A DNA stretch of 64,000 nucleotides, taken from NCBI RefSeq assembly GCF_964213995.1, contig NC_135806.1, positions 104,718,001-104,782,000 of the forward strand. Reading direction: 5' to 3'. Under the pieces are notes generated by a model, which ran no database searches, had not been told where the DNA came from, and saw only the letters and a program-made list of their open reading frames with translations. Shown here in pieces: positions 49,559 through 60,927 of this stretch. The position numbers were made by a program, and so were the translations under genes. The stretch comes from Mustelus asterias (Eukaryota). Position 1 is the stretch's first letter, and the number at the start of each line of letters is the position of its first letter.

Positions 49559-50452
49559 CACAAAATTGGCAGGACTTGCAGATAGTGAGGAGCATTGTCA
49601 GAAGCTACAGAAGGATATAGATAGGCTGGAAATTTGGGCAAAGAAATGGCAGATGGAGTTCAATCCTGATAAATGCGAAGTGATGCATTTTGGTAGAAAT
49701 AATGTAGGGAGGAGCTATATGATAAATGGCAGAACCATAAAGGGTGTAGATACGCAGAGGGACCTGGGTGTGCAAGTCCACAGATCCTTGAAAGTGACGT
49801 CACAGGTGGAGAAGGTGGTGAAGAAGGCATATGGCATGCTTGCCTTTATAGGACGGGGCATAGAGTATAAAAGTTGGGGTCTGATGTTGCAGATGTATAG
49901 AACGTTGGTTCGGCCGCATCTGGAATACTGCGTCCAGTTCTGGTCGCCACACTACCAGAAAGACGTGGAGGCTTTGGAGAGAGTACAGAGGAGGTTTACC
50001 AGGATGTTACCTGGTATGGAGGGGCTTAGTTATGAGGAGAGATTGGGTAAACTGGGGTTGTTCTCCCTGGAAAGACGGAGGATGAGGGGAGACTTAATAG
50101 AGGTGTATAAAATTATGAAAGGCATAGATAGGGTGAACGGTGGGAAGCTTTTCCCCAGGTCGGTGGTGACGTTCACGAGGGGTCATAGGTTCAAGGTGAA
50201 GGGAGGGAGGTTTAACACAGATATCAGACGGACATATTTTACACAGAGGGTGGTGGGGGCCTGGAGTGCGCTGCCAGGCAAGGTGGTGGAGGCGGACACA
50301 CTGGGAACGTTTAAGACTTATCTAGACAGCCATATGAACGGAGTGGGAATGGAGGGATACAAAAGAATGGTCTAGTTTGGACCAGGGAGCGGCGCGGGCT
50401 TGGAGGGCCGAAGGGCCTGTTCCTGTGCTGTATTGTTCTTTGTTCTTTGTTC
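49559..50452 (+). mobile_element. Young CR1 3' fragment, short 3'UTR form
   Basis: Near-identical to 7899-8739, open frame, (gttcttt)n tail. Confidence 0.93.
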
Positions 50453-51219
50453 ACACACTGTTTGGAAATAATCACAGTGACATTTTGTGCTTTCTTCATA
50501 AATATTGCTACCTCCTGCTGATCTCATGATGAATAACTCTTTGCAGCTTTGACATTTGTTAATTCCTGGATTAGGGCCACTTCTGCCCCAGTCAACTTTG
50601 GCACACGCTATTTGGCAGCTAAATCCTAGTTTAGGCCAACATGACATTTATCATTCCATATTGAGGGAATCTATTAAATGAGGATATCCCCACTTCTTGT
50701 GTAGTGTTTTTTGCTTCCAAGGCAGCTGAGAAGGAAGATGTGAAAGACCCTTGCAAAATTTTAGAATGACTCCCTCCGGGTTTTCAGTAAAACTGCCCTG
50801 TACTGATCAGTGGCCAACCTGTGGCTGGGCCTGGCCACTGCAACATGGCAGCAGTCATTCAATATGATGCCCTTTTCTCTCGTAACAGTCCTTCCACCGA
50901 GCTCCTCTCCCAAACAACAGAGAAGAGGCTGAGCCAGGCTGCACGGGAAACCACAGAAGAAGTTTGGTCACACCAGATTTAACTGTCATGCGATGGAGAC
51001 CACTTCAGCCTCAAGCTGCTATTGCTCCAAACAAAAGGAAGTAATTGAAAACAGTATGTCATTAGGACTTTTCCGCGAGATATGCTGATCAGTAACTAAG
51101 CTTCAGGAAGAATTTTGCACCAAAAAAATCTCAGATTTAACTATTCCAATGTGGGCATTTTGTAAGGTCAACATTTCAAAGCCTTGTTTAAATGTTGTGA
51201 ACCTAGGCGTTCTTTTAAC

Positions 51220-51777
51220 AATCTGTCTTTCTCTATGAGTTGCAACAATCTGTGTGCTCCTGTACTCTTCTAATGTTGCCATCTTTCTCCACTTTGTCTA
51301 GTTCGAGCTTCAATTTGTCTTATCTGTGGATGCTGCACTTTACATGGTAGATCAACTTGCACTCTCCTGCAAGTGTAATGTTGCGACTTCCTTGAAACTG
51401 CCAATTTTGTCAAAGGGCCTTCCCATGTCGTGCAGCACTGTCTAAGGCTGTTCACCATGTTGCACCTGCACTCAATCTTGCTGCCACTTGTCTGACCACC
51501 ACTGATCACCATGCTGAGTTATTATAATGATATAATATCTTGAGTTTATTTACTGTACAAGACACAGGGCACCAATAAGGGATTTGGTAAACATGTTGTG
51601 TGTTCATTTATTATGAATCGGCACATGTGAACGGTTATGCACAGTTATAAATCTTGAAGACATTCGAGCTGGTGAGTGTGCCCTGCTCAAAGTAGAAGTG
51701 AAACTAAGGTGAGATCACATGGCATATTTTCCTTCCAATAATGTCATGGTGATATCCCTTAAAGGCATACTAAAACA
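51220..51777 (-). mobile_element. Internally deleted Gypsy: LTR (51512-51777), PBS, pol fragment
   Basis: LTR colinear with 27101-27579; tggtgatc PBS; KCSIHR.DKLKLELDKVEKDGNIRRVQEHTDCCNS. Confidence 0.6.
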
Positions 51778-51779
51778 TT

Positions 51780-52325
51780 ATCCATATGGATTCACCCATC
51801 TTGACCACACATGTGAGGTGGTGAGAACTCTTATGGTATTGTAACCCATTTCAAATGCCGAGATTTGATCTCAGTGGTGACTTTCTCCCAATCTCATCTG
51901 TGTGTGATCCTGGAGGACCTTCTGGCTGCCCACAGATCTCTGGCCTTTCTCCTCCTGTCCACCACCGCTAATAATCCTCCAGCACCACGTCGGCAACCGT
52001 GAAGCTCAGTCCTTTTCTGCGGTTTCATTCTTTTTGTTCTTAATTACAGCAACAGTATTCAGTAGCAGTGAAAACATTCACTGCAGCTTCCCTTTAGGAC
52101 AGATAGATTGTCTTTAAGGACAGAAGCGTGGCTGCACCACATGTTTTCAGCAAATGCTGCTCGGCTCCCTGCTAAGCACAGCAGTAGGCAGCTGTGTAGC
52201 AGACATTCAACACACTGATATAATTGAGTAAATGAGGTGGCAGCACCAAATCTGCCTGCAACTTACCTTCATCTGAGCCACAGGGACAGGTGGTTCCTCC
52301 TGATGGTGCAAACCAAGTTCCAGCC
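51780..52325 (-). mobile_element. Possible decayed Harbinger Myb/SANT remnant
   Basis: Weak similarity to the first Myb/SANT exon; TIR-like aagttccagcc. Confidence 0.35.
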
Positions 52326-52398
52326 AATTTCTTTTTAAATTTTACATTTAGTTTTCATACAGACCTGGATGGAGATTTTGTACATATTAAATGACACA

Positions 52399-53197
52399 TG
52401 ATGTGGAGATGCCGGCGTTGGACTGGGGTAAACACAGCAAGAAGTCTCACAACACCAGGTTAATGTCCAACAGGTTTGTTTGGTAGCACGAGCTTTTGGA
52501 GCACTGCCCCTTCATCAGGTGAGTGCAGGATTTGATTCACAAACAGGGCATATATAGACACAAACTCAATTACAAGATAATGGTTGGAATATGAATCTTA
52601 ACAGGTAATCAAGTCTTTACAGGTACAAACAATGTGAGTGGAGAGAGGGTTAAGCACAGGTTAAAGAGGTGTAAATTGTCTCAAGCCAGGACAGTTAGTG
52701 AGATTTTGCAAGCCCAGGCAAGTCGTGGGGGTTACAGATAGTGTGACATGAACCCAAGGTCCCGGTTGAGACCGTCCTCATGTGTGCGGAACTTGGCTAT
52801 CAGTCTCTGCTCAGCGACTCTGCGTTGTTGTGTTTTGTGAAGGCCGCCTTGGAGAACGCTTACTCGAAGATCAGAGGCTGAATGCCCTTGACTGCTGAAG
52901 TGTTCCCTTCCTGATAGGAAGGGAACACTTGCAAAATCTCACTAACCGTCCTGGCTGGAGACAATTCACACCTCTTTAACCTGGTTAACCGTCTCTCCAC
53001 TCACATTGCCTGCACCTGTAAAGACTTGATTACCTGTAAATACTCACATTCCAACCATTATCTTGTAATTGAGTTTGTGTCTATATATGCCCTGTTTGTG
53101 AACCAAATCCTGCATTCAGCTGATGAAGGGGCAGCGCTCCGAAAGCTCGTGCTACCAAATAAACCTGTTGAACTTTAACCTGATGTTTTGAGACTAC
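52399..53197 (-). mobile_element. Penelope-like element 3' part with GIY-YIG C-terminus and inverted pLTR
   Basis: EHFSSQGHSASDLRVSVLQGG...AEQRLIAKFRTHEDGLNRDLGFMSHYL*; ~270-bp inverted arms; 12-bp TSD ttaaatgacaca. Confidence 0.9.
53117..53151 (+). ncRNA. Minimal hammerhead ribozyme motif
   Basis: CAG CUGAUGA A GGGGC AGC GCUCC GAAA GC UC GUG; core intact, helix I mismatch. Confidence 0.6.
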
Positions 53198-53250
53198 TTA
53201 AATGACACAATGTAATACATAAAAATTACAACATGGAAACAATCCATGTT

Positions 53251-53457
53251 GGCCAGACTTTCCAGCTGTTCACAGTGGTGGGTTCTCCGGTCCCGCCAGC
53301 AGCGCACCCCCACCTGTGGGTTTCCCGCCGACGTGGGGTGACGTCAATGGGAATTCCCATTGACAGCGGCAGGACCAGAGAATCCCTCTGCTAGCAAACA
53401 ACGCGCCACCTCTCACTGGCAGGAAACATGTGGCTGGGAGGCCGGAGAATCTCACCC
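53251..53457. mobile_element. ~200-bp MITE
   Basis: ggccagactttcc / ggagaatctcaccc ends; central 22-bp palindrome. Confidence 0.7.
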
Positions 53458-53789
53458 ATTGTCCTTAGCCCCTCACATGAGAAAATAACCCTGACCACAT
53501 TTAATGGTATTGTTTCCATAATCCGCACTTCTGATTTTCTTTATACCGTCAACAACCTTTCATCAATTATCAAATCTAAGCTTGAATGTTGCCATCAGCT
53601 CTTCCTCTGTCACTAATGCACGGCTATAACAAATCCATGAATAAGATAGACTTTCTTGCTTTCTGTTCTAAATCACTTACATTTAATCTTGTGCCTACGG
53701 AATCTTATTCTTGACATCTCTAAATATTCAAAAATACAGTTGGCTTCTGCCTACCACCCTCCCCAACCTTCTAAAATTTGAAACACTTC

Positions 53790-54676
53790 TATCATGTTTT
53801 CCACTTTAGTAGCAAAACCTGGAAGGCAGATTATTACCTGAATGGCTATAGATTGAGGGAGGGAATGTGCAATGAGACCTGGATGCCCTTGTACACCAAT
53901 CACTGAAGGTAAGCACACAGGTGCAGCAGGTGGTGAAGAAGGCAAATTGTTTGTTGGCCTTCATAGCGAGAGGATTTGAGTACTGGAGCAGGGATATCTT
54001 GCTGCAGTTGTACGGGCTTTGGTGAGACTACACCTGGAATACTGGGTGCAGTTTTGGGGCTCCTTATCTGAGGAAGGATGTTCTTGCTATGGAGGATGTA
54101 CAGCAAAGGTTTATCAGATTGATTCCAGGGATAGCGAGCCTGATGTATGAGGAGAGATTGAGTCGGTTAGGATTATATTCGCTGGAATTTAGAAGAATGA
54201 GGGGGAGGGAACGTTAAAGAAAACTATAAAATTCTAACAGGACCAGACAGAGTGGATTCCAGAACCAGGGGTCATAGTCTAAAAATAAAGGACTGAGATT
54301 AGGAGAAATTTCTTCACTGAGAGAGTGGTGAACCTCTGGAAGTCTCTACCACAGAAAGCAGTTAAGGCCAAATCATTGTGGACGGAATTTTATTGACCCG
54401 CCCGCCACGGGAATCGGAGCGGGAGGGGGGCAGACCATGGAAAGGTCCGTTGACCTCGGGAGGGGGGTTTACGGTTTTGGGATGAGCAAGACCGTAAAAT
54501 CCCGCCCTGCATGTTTTCAAGAAGGAGTTACATATAGCTCTTTGGGTTAAAGGGATCAAAGGATATGGGGGGAAAAGGGGAACAGGTTGGATGATCAGCC
54601 ATGATCATGATGAATGGTGGAGCAAGTTTGAAAGGCAAAATAGCTGATTACTGTTCCTTTTTTCGATGTTTCTATT
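53790..54676 (+). mobile_element. Decayed CR1 3' fragment
   Basis: cagcaggtggtgaagaaggcaaat...cacctggaatactgggtgcagttttgg...gaaatttcttcactgagagagtggtg. Confidence 0.8.
54380..54507. mobile_element. 128-bp Harbinger-type MITE
   Basis: TIRs ggacggaattttat / gtaaaatcccgccc; reverse-oriented sister at 58743. Confidence 0.75.
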
Positions 54677-54877
54677 TGACGCCTAAAATCTGAACCATTC
54701 TACAAAGTTGACGTACGATGTAGTGCAGTTGATTCTGATGCTAAGAATGCAGAAAAAAAGTGAAGAAATTATGCTGAACCTCCAAATAACAAACCTAAGG
54801 TTGGCATGACCAAATGGATGCCCATTCACGTGATTCAGATAATTATGTTATCTATAGTTGAAAATTTGAGTACGCGA

Positions 54878-55187
54878 GGCAGCACCGTGGCACAGTAGTT
54901 AGCACTGCTGTCTCACAGCGGCTGGGATCCGGGCTTGACTCCCAGCTTGGGTCACTGTCTGTGTGGAGTTTGCACATTCTCCCCGTGTCTGCATGGATTC
55001 TCTCCGAGTGCTCCGGTTTTCTCCCACAGTCTGAAAGACGTGCTGGTTAGGTGCATCGGCCACGTTAAATTCCCCCTCAGTGTACCCGAACAGACAGGGC
55101 CAGAGTGTGGCGACTGGTGGATTTTCATAGTAACTTCATTGCAGTGTTAATGTAAGCCGACCTGTGACACTAACAAATAAACTTTAA
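54878..55187 (+). mobile_element. HE1-like V-SINE, tail type B
   Basis: Head, V-domain, tail cattgcagtgttaatgtaagccgacctgtgacactaacaaataaac. Confidence 0.85.
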
Positions 55188-56864
55188 AAGAAAGAATTCC
55201 TTGAAGGCAGCTAACACAAACAATGCAGGAGGTCTAATCCATCACTTGCATACTCAGCTGCCATTTTGGTTGACAAGAATGTTAGAATGAAGTTGCTGTG
55301 GTCATTAGCTTGTAAAGATCTGGCACCCCGGCATGACTCTAATGATGTGTGCACATAGTTTGGCACAAAATAGACCATTCTCATCCAACGTACCAGAGTG
55401 ATCTCAATCCAGGAACAAGGGAGGGATTTTCTCTGTAGCTCGTAGAACATAGCACCAATAATCCTTCACTCGGGAGGAAATAAAAACTTCGTCAAACACA
55501 ACAAAACCTTGAGAATAACAAAACAAATGTGTCCTTGGAAGACAAATTAATAAGTTTTTATTACATTTCCTGATGGAATATCAATTAATCGCCACACCAA
55601 GTAACTGGCTCCTGCTTTAAATAATGAAGCTGTTCATTGAGGATAAAGATGGGCAGAAGATAAACAAAACTGCACGAGGTTGACTGTATCTCATCAAATC
55701 CCATGCTTAGGACTGGACATCCCAGAGGGCAAAGACAGTTAAACGGGGAAATAAGATTACTGGTCTGAACCTTTTCTGGGATGAATGAGGGAGACAGTTC
55801 AAAAACAGTTGCATGGAGGGGATTCTCTCTGGAATCCTGGCCGCCCTGAACAGGAAGCAATTTTACAACCCAAACCCAACCCTCCCTCTCCCCCCCTTCT
55901 TTATTTGGCTGTGCCAAAGAAAAATTAAGTCAATCTGGAAGGCAGTGCAAAGGGAGACATGCTAAGGGTCAAGGGAAATTGGCAAGGCTAGATGGCATTT
56001 ACTTTAGTGCAAAGAATCTTACAAATAAGGCTGATGAACTTAAGGCGTTGATTAACACATGAGAGTATCATATTATTGCTGTCACAGAGACATTGTTAAG
56101 GGAAGGGCAGGACTTCCAGCTCAATATTATGGGGTATAGAGTCTTCAGGCGAGATGGTGGGATGGGGAGAGCAGGGTGAGGTGAGGTATAAAAGAGGAGA
56201 TGGTGTTGCAATGTTGATCAAGGAATCAATTGCTGCAATGAGGAAGGATGATATGTTAACAGGCTCTGCAATTAAGGCCATATGGGTGAAACTTAAAAAT
56301 AATAAGGGGGCAATCACATTGCTGGAGTATACTACAGGCCCTTCATCTGTCATGGAGAGAAAGAAGAACAGATGTGGACAAATCTCAGAAGCGTAAAAAT
56401 AATAGGATAATAATAGTCGGGGATTTCAACTTTCACAATATTAATTGGGACAACAGAGTGTGAAATGCTTAAAGGGGATGGAATGCTTAAAGTGAGAGTT
56501 TTACAGCCAGCACAGAGAGAGTCCTACAAGAGTGCGGATGGTACTAATTTTAGGGAATGAAGCCAGGCAGGTGTCAGTGGGGAACATTTCGGTGATAGTG
56601 ACCATATCTTGGTAAGATTTAAAGTAGTTATGGAAAAGGACAAAGGTGGACCGAAAATAAAGGTTCTGAATTGGGGGAAGGCTAAATTTAATGGGATAAG
56701 ACAGGATCTGACCAAAGTGGACTGGGAGCAGCTACTTGTAGGAGAATCCATGTCAGAGCAATGGGTGTCATTCAAAAAGGAAATAGAGAAAATACAAAGT
56801 CAACATGTTCCTGTAGAGGTAAAGGGTGGGACCAACTAGTCCAGAGAACCCTGGATGCCAAGGG

Positions 56865-58003
56865 TGTTAGGGACCAGATCAGAAACTCCAAGGTATGTTA
56901 TAAAGTTAGCCTAGATCCCAACTTTATTTGATTTTGGCATTAGTGCGAGCATGAGGTGTTTCACTCCAGGTGTGATTCTATTGACCCACTAGATAGTTTT
57001 TACCAAAACAAACTTTATTTAAGAACACAGTTAGAATATAACATAAAAGAATTAGCATAACTTTTACCAATTAAAATACTTAAACATGACAAAGTATAAT
57101 TCTTAACAGCTATCTACCTTTATAGTTCTAATTTAAACAATATCCCCATAGACATAAATACTACTTCAGAACCAATTAGCACCAGAAACAGATAAGCTCA
57201 CATGGATGCTAGATTTCCAGCCTTTTAACCCCTCTGGACAGAGAAAGAAGTACACCTGCCTTCTGATTCTTATGTAGCAGTTTCCAGAGAAAGATCTACC
57301 TTCAAGCAGCAGAACTTCAGAGAAAGGGATCTATTTTCTGGCAGATCCCAGTTTCAATATTCATAGGCTCAGAACTATTTCTTCTCTCTACAACAACTGA
57401 GCTGTGTTTCTCTCTGTGAGCCTGGCCCTGCCCAGTCACATGATTTTTCCTGTCAAAACTGACTCAAGTCCCACTCTGAAAAACCTCAGAGGAAAACACT
57501 AAAATAACAACCCTGCATTAGTCCATATTAAAACAACCATTTTAGAGGGGAGGCAGTGGCATCATGGTATTGTCACTGAACTAGTAATCCAGAGACCCAG
57601 GGTAATGCTCTGGGGACCCGGGTCCGAATCCCACCACAGCAGATGGTGAAATTTGATTTTAATAAAAATCTGGAATTAAAAGTCTAATGATGACCACGAA
57701 ACCATTGTCAATTGTCATAAAAACCCATTTGGTTCACTTAATGTCCTCCAGGGAAGAAAATCTGCTGTCTTTACCCGGTCTAGCCACCATGTGACTCCAG
57801 AATCACAGCAATGTGATTAACTCTTAACTGCCCTCAGGGATGGGCAATAAATGCTGGCACTGACAGTGATGCCCACATCCCACGAATGAAAAGAAAAGGA
57901 TCAATTATGCTGCTGCAGGAACAACAAGGCTGCCAGATGCAGACTAAGCAGCGCCAATAATAAAACACACTGCTACATTTCTTAAAGGATCAGTATTGTC
58001 ACA
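56865..58003 (-). repeat. Solo LTR (~790 bp without the nested SINE)
   Basis: TGTT...CACA ends, 4-bp TSD aggg at 56861-56864 and 58004-58007; CR1 sequence resumes after it. Confidence 0.75.
57547..57893 (+). mobile_element. tRNA-derived SINE with L2/CR1-type tail
   Basis: ggggaggcagtggcatcatggtattgtcactg, B-box ggtccgaatccc, tail gatgcccacatcccacgaatgaaaa. Confidence 0.78.
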
Positions 58004-58742
58004 AGGGAAACACAGCACTGGATAAGAAAATAAAGGGAGGCTTATGGCAGATTCAAGGGCTCAAAACAGTGGATGCCCGAGCAGAGTATAGAAAGTTAGA
58101 GGGATACTTAAAAAAGAAGTTAAGAGAGCCAAGAGAGGGCATTAAAGAACACTGATGGGCAAAATAGAGGAAACTCTCAAGGTATTTTGTAAGTATATTA
58201 AGGGCAAGGGGGCATCTAGGGAAAGAGTAAAGCCCATTAGGGATCAAAGTTGCAACCTCTGTGAAGCTAAAGGACTCGGATGAGGTATTAAATGAGTATT
58301 TTGAACCTGCGTTCACTGTGGAGAAGGATGATGTAGATATGGAAAGCAGGGAGGGGGGCTGTGATATAATTGAACAGATTAGCATTGACAGAGAGGAGAT
58401 GTTAGAGGTTTTGGTGGGCTGAAAAGTGACTAAATCCCTAGGCTCAGATGAGATGTATCGTAGGCTGTTGTGTGAGGCAAGAGAGGAGATTGCAAGGGCT
58501 CAAAGGCAAATTTTCAAATTCTCTCTAGTCACAGTTGAGGTGCCAAAGGACTGGAGGACAGTGAATGTGGTACTATTGTTCAAAAAGGGAAGTACGAAAA
58601 ACCAGGTAATCACAGGCCAGTGAGTCTAACTTCAGTGGTAGGGAAACTATTGAAAACAATTCTGAGCGACAGAATTAATCTCCACTTGGAGAGACAGGAT
58701 TACTCAAATATAGTCAGCATGGCTTTGACAAGTGGAGATCAT

Positions 58743-58869
58743 GGGCAGGATTTTACAGCTTCGCTCGTCCCGAAACTGTAAAATCCCGCCCGAGGTCAAC
58801 GGACTTTCCCATTGTCCGCCCCTCGCCCGCTCCAATTCCCGTGGCGGGTGGGGCGGTAAAATTGCGGCG
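58743..58869. mobile_element. 127-bp Harbinger-type MITE
   Basis: gggcaggattttac...gtaaaattgcggcg, cat flanks. Confidence 0.75.
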
Positions 58870-59277
58870 CATATCTAACAAATTTCATTGAATCATAGAA
58901 TCACTTCAGTACAGAAGGAGGCCATTCGATCCATCGAGTCTGCATTGACTCTCCCACAGAGCAAAAGAAGAGACATATCCTCTAAGCAGAGGGGTCAATA
59001 ACTGGGGGCATAGATTTAAGAAAAAGGAGCAGGAGATTTAGAGGAGATTGTGGAAAACCTTTTCACCCAGAGGGTGAATCTGGAATACTGCTCGAAAGGG
59101 TGGTAGAGGCAGGAACCCTCACAACATTAAAGAAGCATTTAGATGAGCACTTGAAATTCCATAGCATACAAGGCTACGGACCAAGTGTTGGAAAATGGGA
59201 ATAGAATGGATAGGTGTTTGATTGTTGGCACAGACATAATGGGCCAAAAGGCCTCTTCCTGTGCTGTAAGACTCTAT

Positions 59278-60554
59278 GGGCCTGATTTTACCATTTTCAT
59301 TCTAAGTGCTGAATCTGGGCACAATTCAGATCCGACTTGGAAATCTGTTCTCAGGCGCCCCCATACGCACTCAGCCTGAAAAAACAAATCGCGGATCTGA
59401 ATCGCGCTGTGGGCTTAGTGCACGCAGAACGATCGGAGCCTCTGAACTGCGCATGCGCAGTTAGAAAAACAACTTGAAAAAGCGCGCCCGTGTCAGATCG
59501 CTCCCGAGACATTGAAAGTGGAGAAAGTGGCCCGGGAGTGAAAGGCGGGAGCGATGGCCCCCACAGACATCACTGTCCCCCTTATCCACCCAACCCCCGC
59601 TACCCAGACCGATCGCGACCACCTGCCCCCCTTCCCCCCCACCGATCACCCGCAGAGTGGCAGCGGACCCCCCTGCCCCCCGTTCCTCCCCCCACCAGAG
59701 ATACATCTTACCCGCCTCCCTCCCCGCCCCCCCCCACCCCACCCGAGAACGATCTGGCCTCACTCCCCCTCCCCTGCCAGAGAATGATCTGGCCTCACTC
59801 CAGCAGCACCTCCCCACCCACCAGAGAATGATCTGGCCTCACTCCCCCCCCACCCCACAGAATGATCAGTCCTCACTCTCCCCCTCCCCAGAGAATGATC
59901 TGACCTCACTCCCCCCCCCACCCCCCACCAGAAAACGATCTGGCCTCACTCACCCTCCCCCCACAGAGGTACATCTGACCCGCCTCCTCCCCCCTCCCCA
60001 CCCCCTCTTCAGAGATCCATCTGGCCCGCCTCCCTCCCCCCCAACCAGACAACAGTCTGCCCTCCCCCGCCAACCAGACAACAATTGGCTCTCCCCTCCC
60101 CCAACCAGACAACGATCGGGCCTCCCTCCTCCCCCCCCCAACAGAGAATGATCTGACCCACCTCCCGCCACCCGCCCCTCCTCCCCCAACCCCACCGATC
60201 TGAATCAGAGAGCCGTTGGAAGGTTTGAACTCGCCTCTTCAGCAGCTGGAGTGACCAATTCAGACTTTTATTCAGCAGGGCAATTTCGGCATGATTCCGG
60301 TTCGGTGAACACGGCGGTAAAGGGGGAAATGCTGATAACGTTGGGCAGGCAGTTCATTAATTCAATTTAAATGCATGCAAATGCATTTAAATCGCCATTG
60401 GGCCCGTTTCAGGCGTGAATCAGATCGTGGCCATTCCCGGGTCTCGGTAAAGTGGCCATCTGCGCGGGCGCGGATCGCGTTAATGGCCTCACACCCGACT
60501 TTACCACGTTTTTGCGCCCGAAAACAGGTGCGACGCAATGGTAAAATCAGGCCC
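59278..60554. mobile_element. 1277-bp non-autonomous Harbinger-type element with internal repeat array
   Basis: Perfect 18-bp TIRs gggcctgattttaccatt / aatggtaaaatcaggccc and TAT TSD. Confidence 0.88.
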
Positions 60555-60764
60555 TATGAGTTGCTACTTGAATTTCATGACTTCAGTGGGAAGGTCAACA
60601 TCTGAAAGCAAGTGATCCCTTTTACTTCCCTTCAGGCTGTTCCATTACTAAAAGTTTCAGTAAAGTCCCGACATAACAATGGCCTTCGAAATGCACAGAT
60701 AGGATTTAGTTCTCAGATACAACTGATCTGAATCTCTCCATGAATTGGAGTCATAGTTACAACA

Positions 60765-60880
60765 AAGGAAGATGGTTGATGGAGTCCAATCATCTCAAAC
60801 CCAGGACATTGCTGCAGATGTACCTCATGAGTTGTGCTTAGGCCCCCAACTATCTTCAATTACCTTCCCTCCATCCTAAT
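60765..60880 (+). mobile_element. Small decayed LINE RT fragment
   Basis: QSSQTQDIAADVP..CLGP pattern corresponding to [10 protein letters not shown]. Confidence 0.45.
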
Positions 60881-60927
60881 AATGTGGATGCACATAATAT
60901 GGAGGGTACTAATGCTTTCTGGATCTG

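Larger units (their letters stand above)
55960..59277 (+). pseudogene. Old CR1 ORF2 (EN to partial RT to 3' end) with nested insertions
   Basis: DGIYFSAKNLTNKADEL, gggatttcaac, gatagtgaccat, LNWGKAKF, KSLGSDEMY, gtcagcatggcttt; 3' hairpin gggccaaaaggcct. Confidence 0.8.

Noticed and set aside
50889-51040. Possible exon after ccttttctctcgtaacag
   Set aside because: The acceptor is good but the peptide is unrecognisable and the donor weak, so support is insufficient
59695-60170. CRISPR-like repeat-spacer array
   Set aside because: The context is eukaryotic, repeats are degenerate, spacers are just poly-C runs, there are no cas genes, and the array lies inside a TIR element
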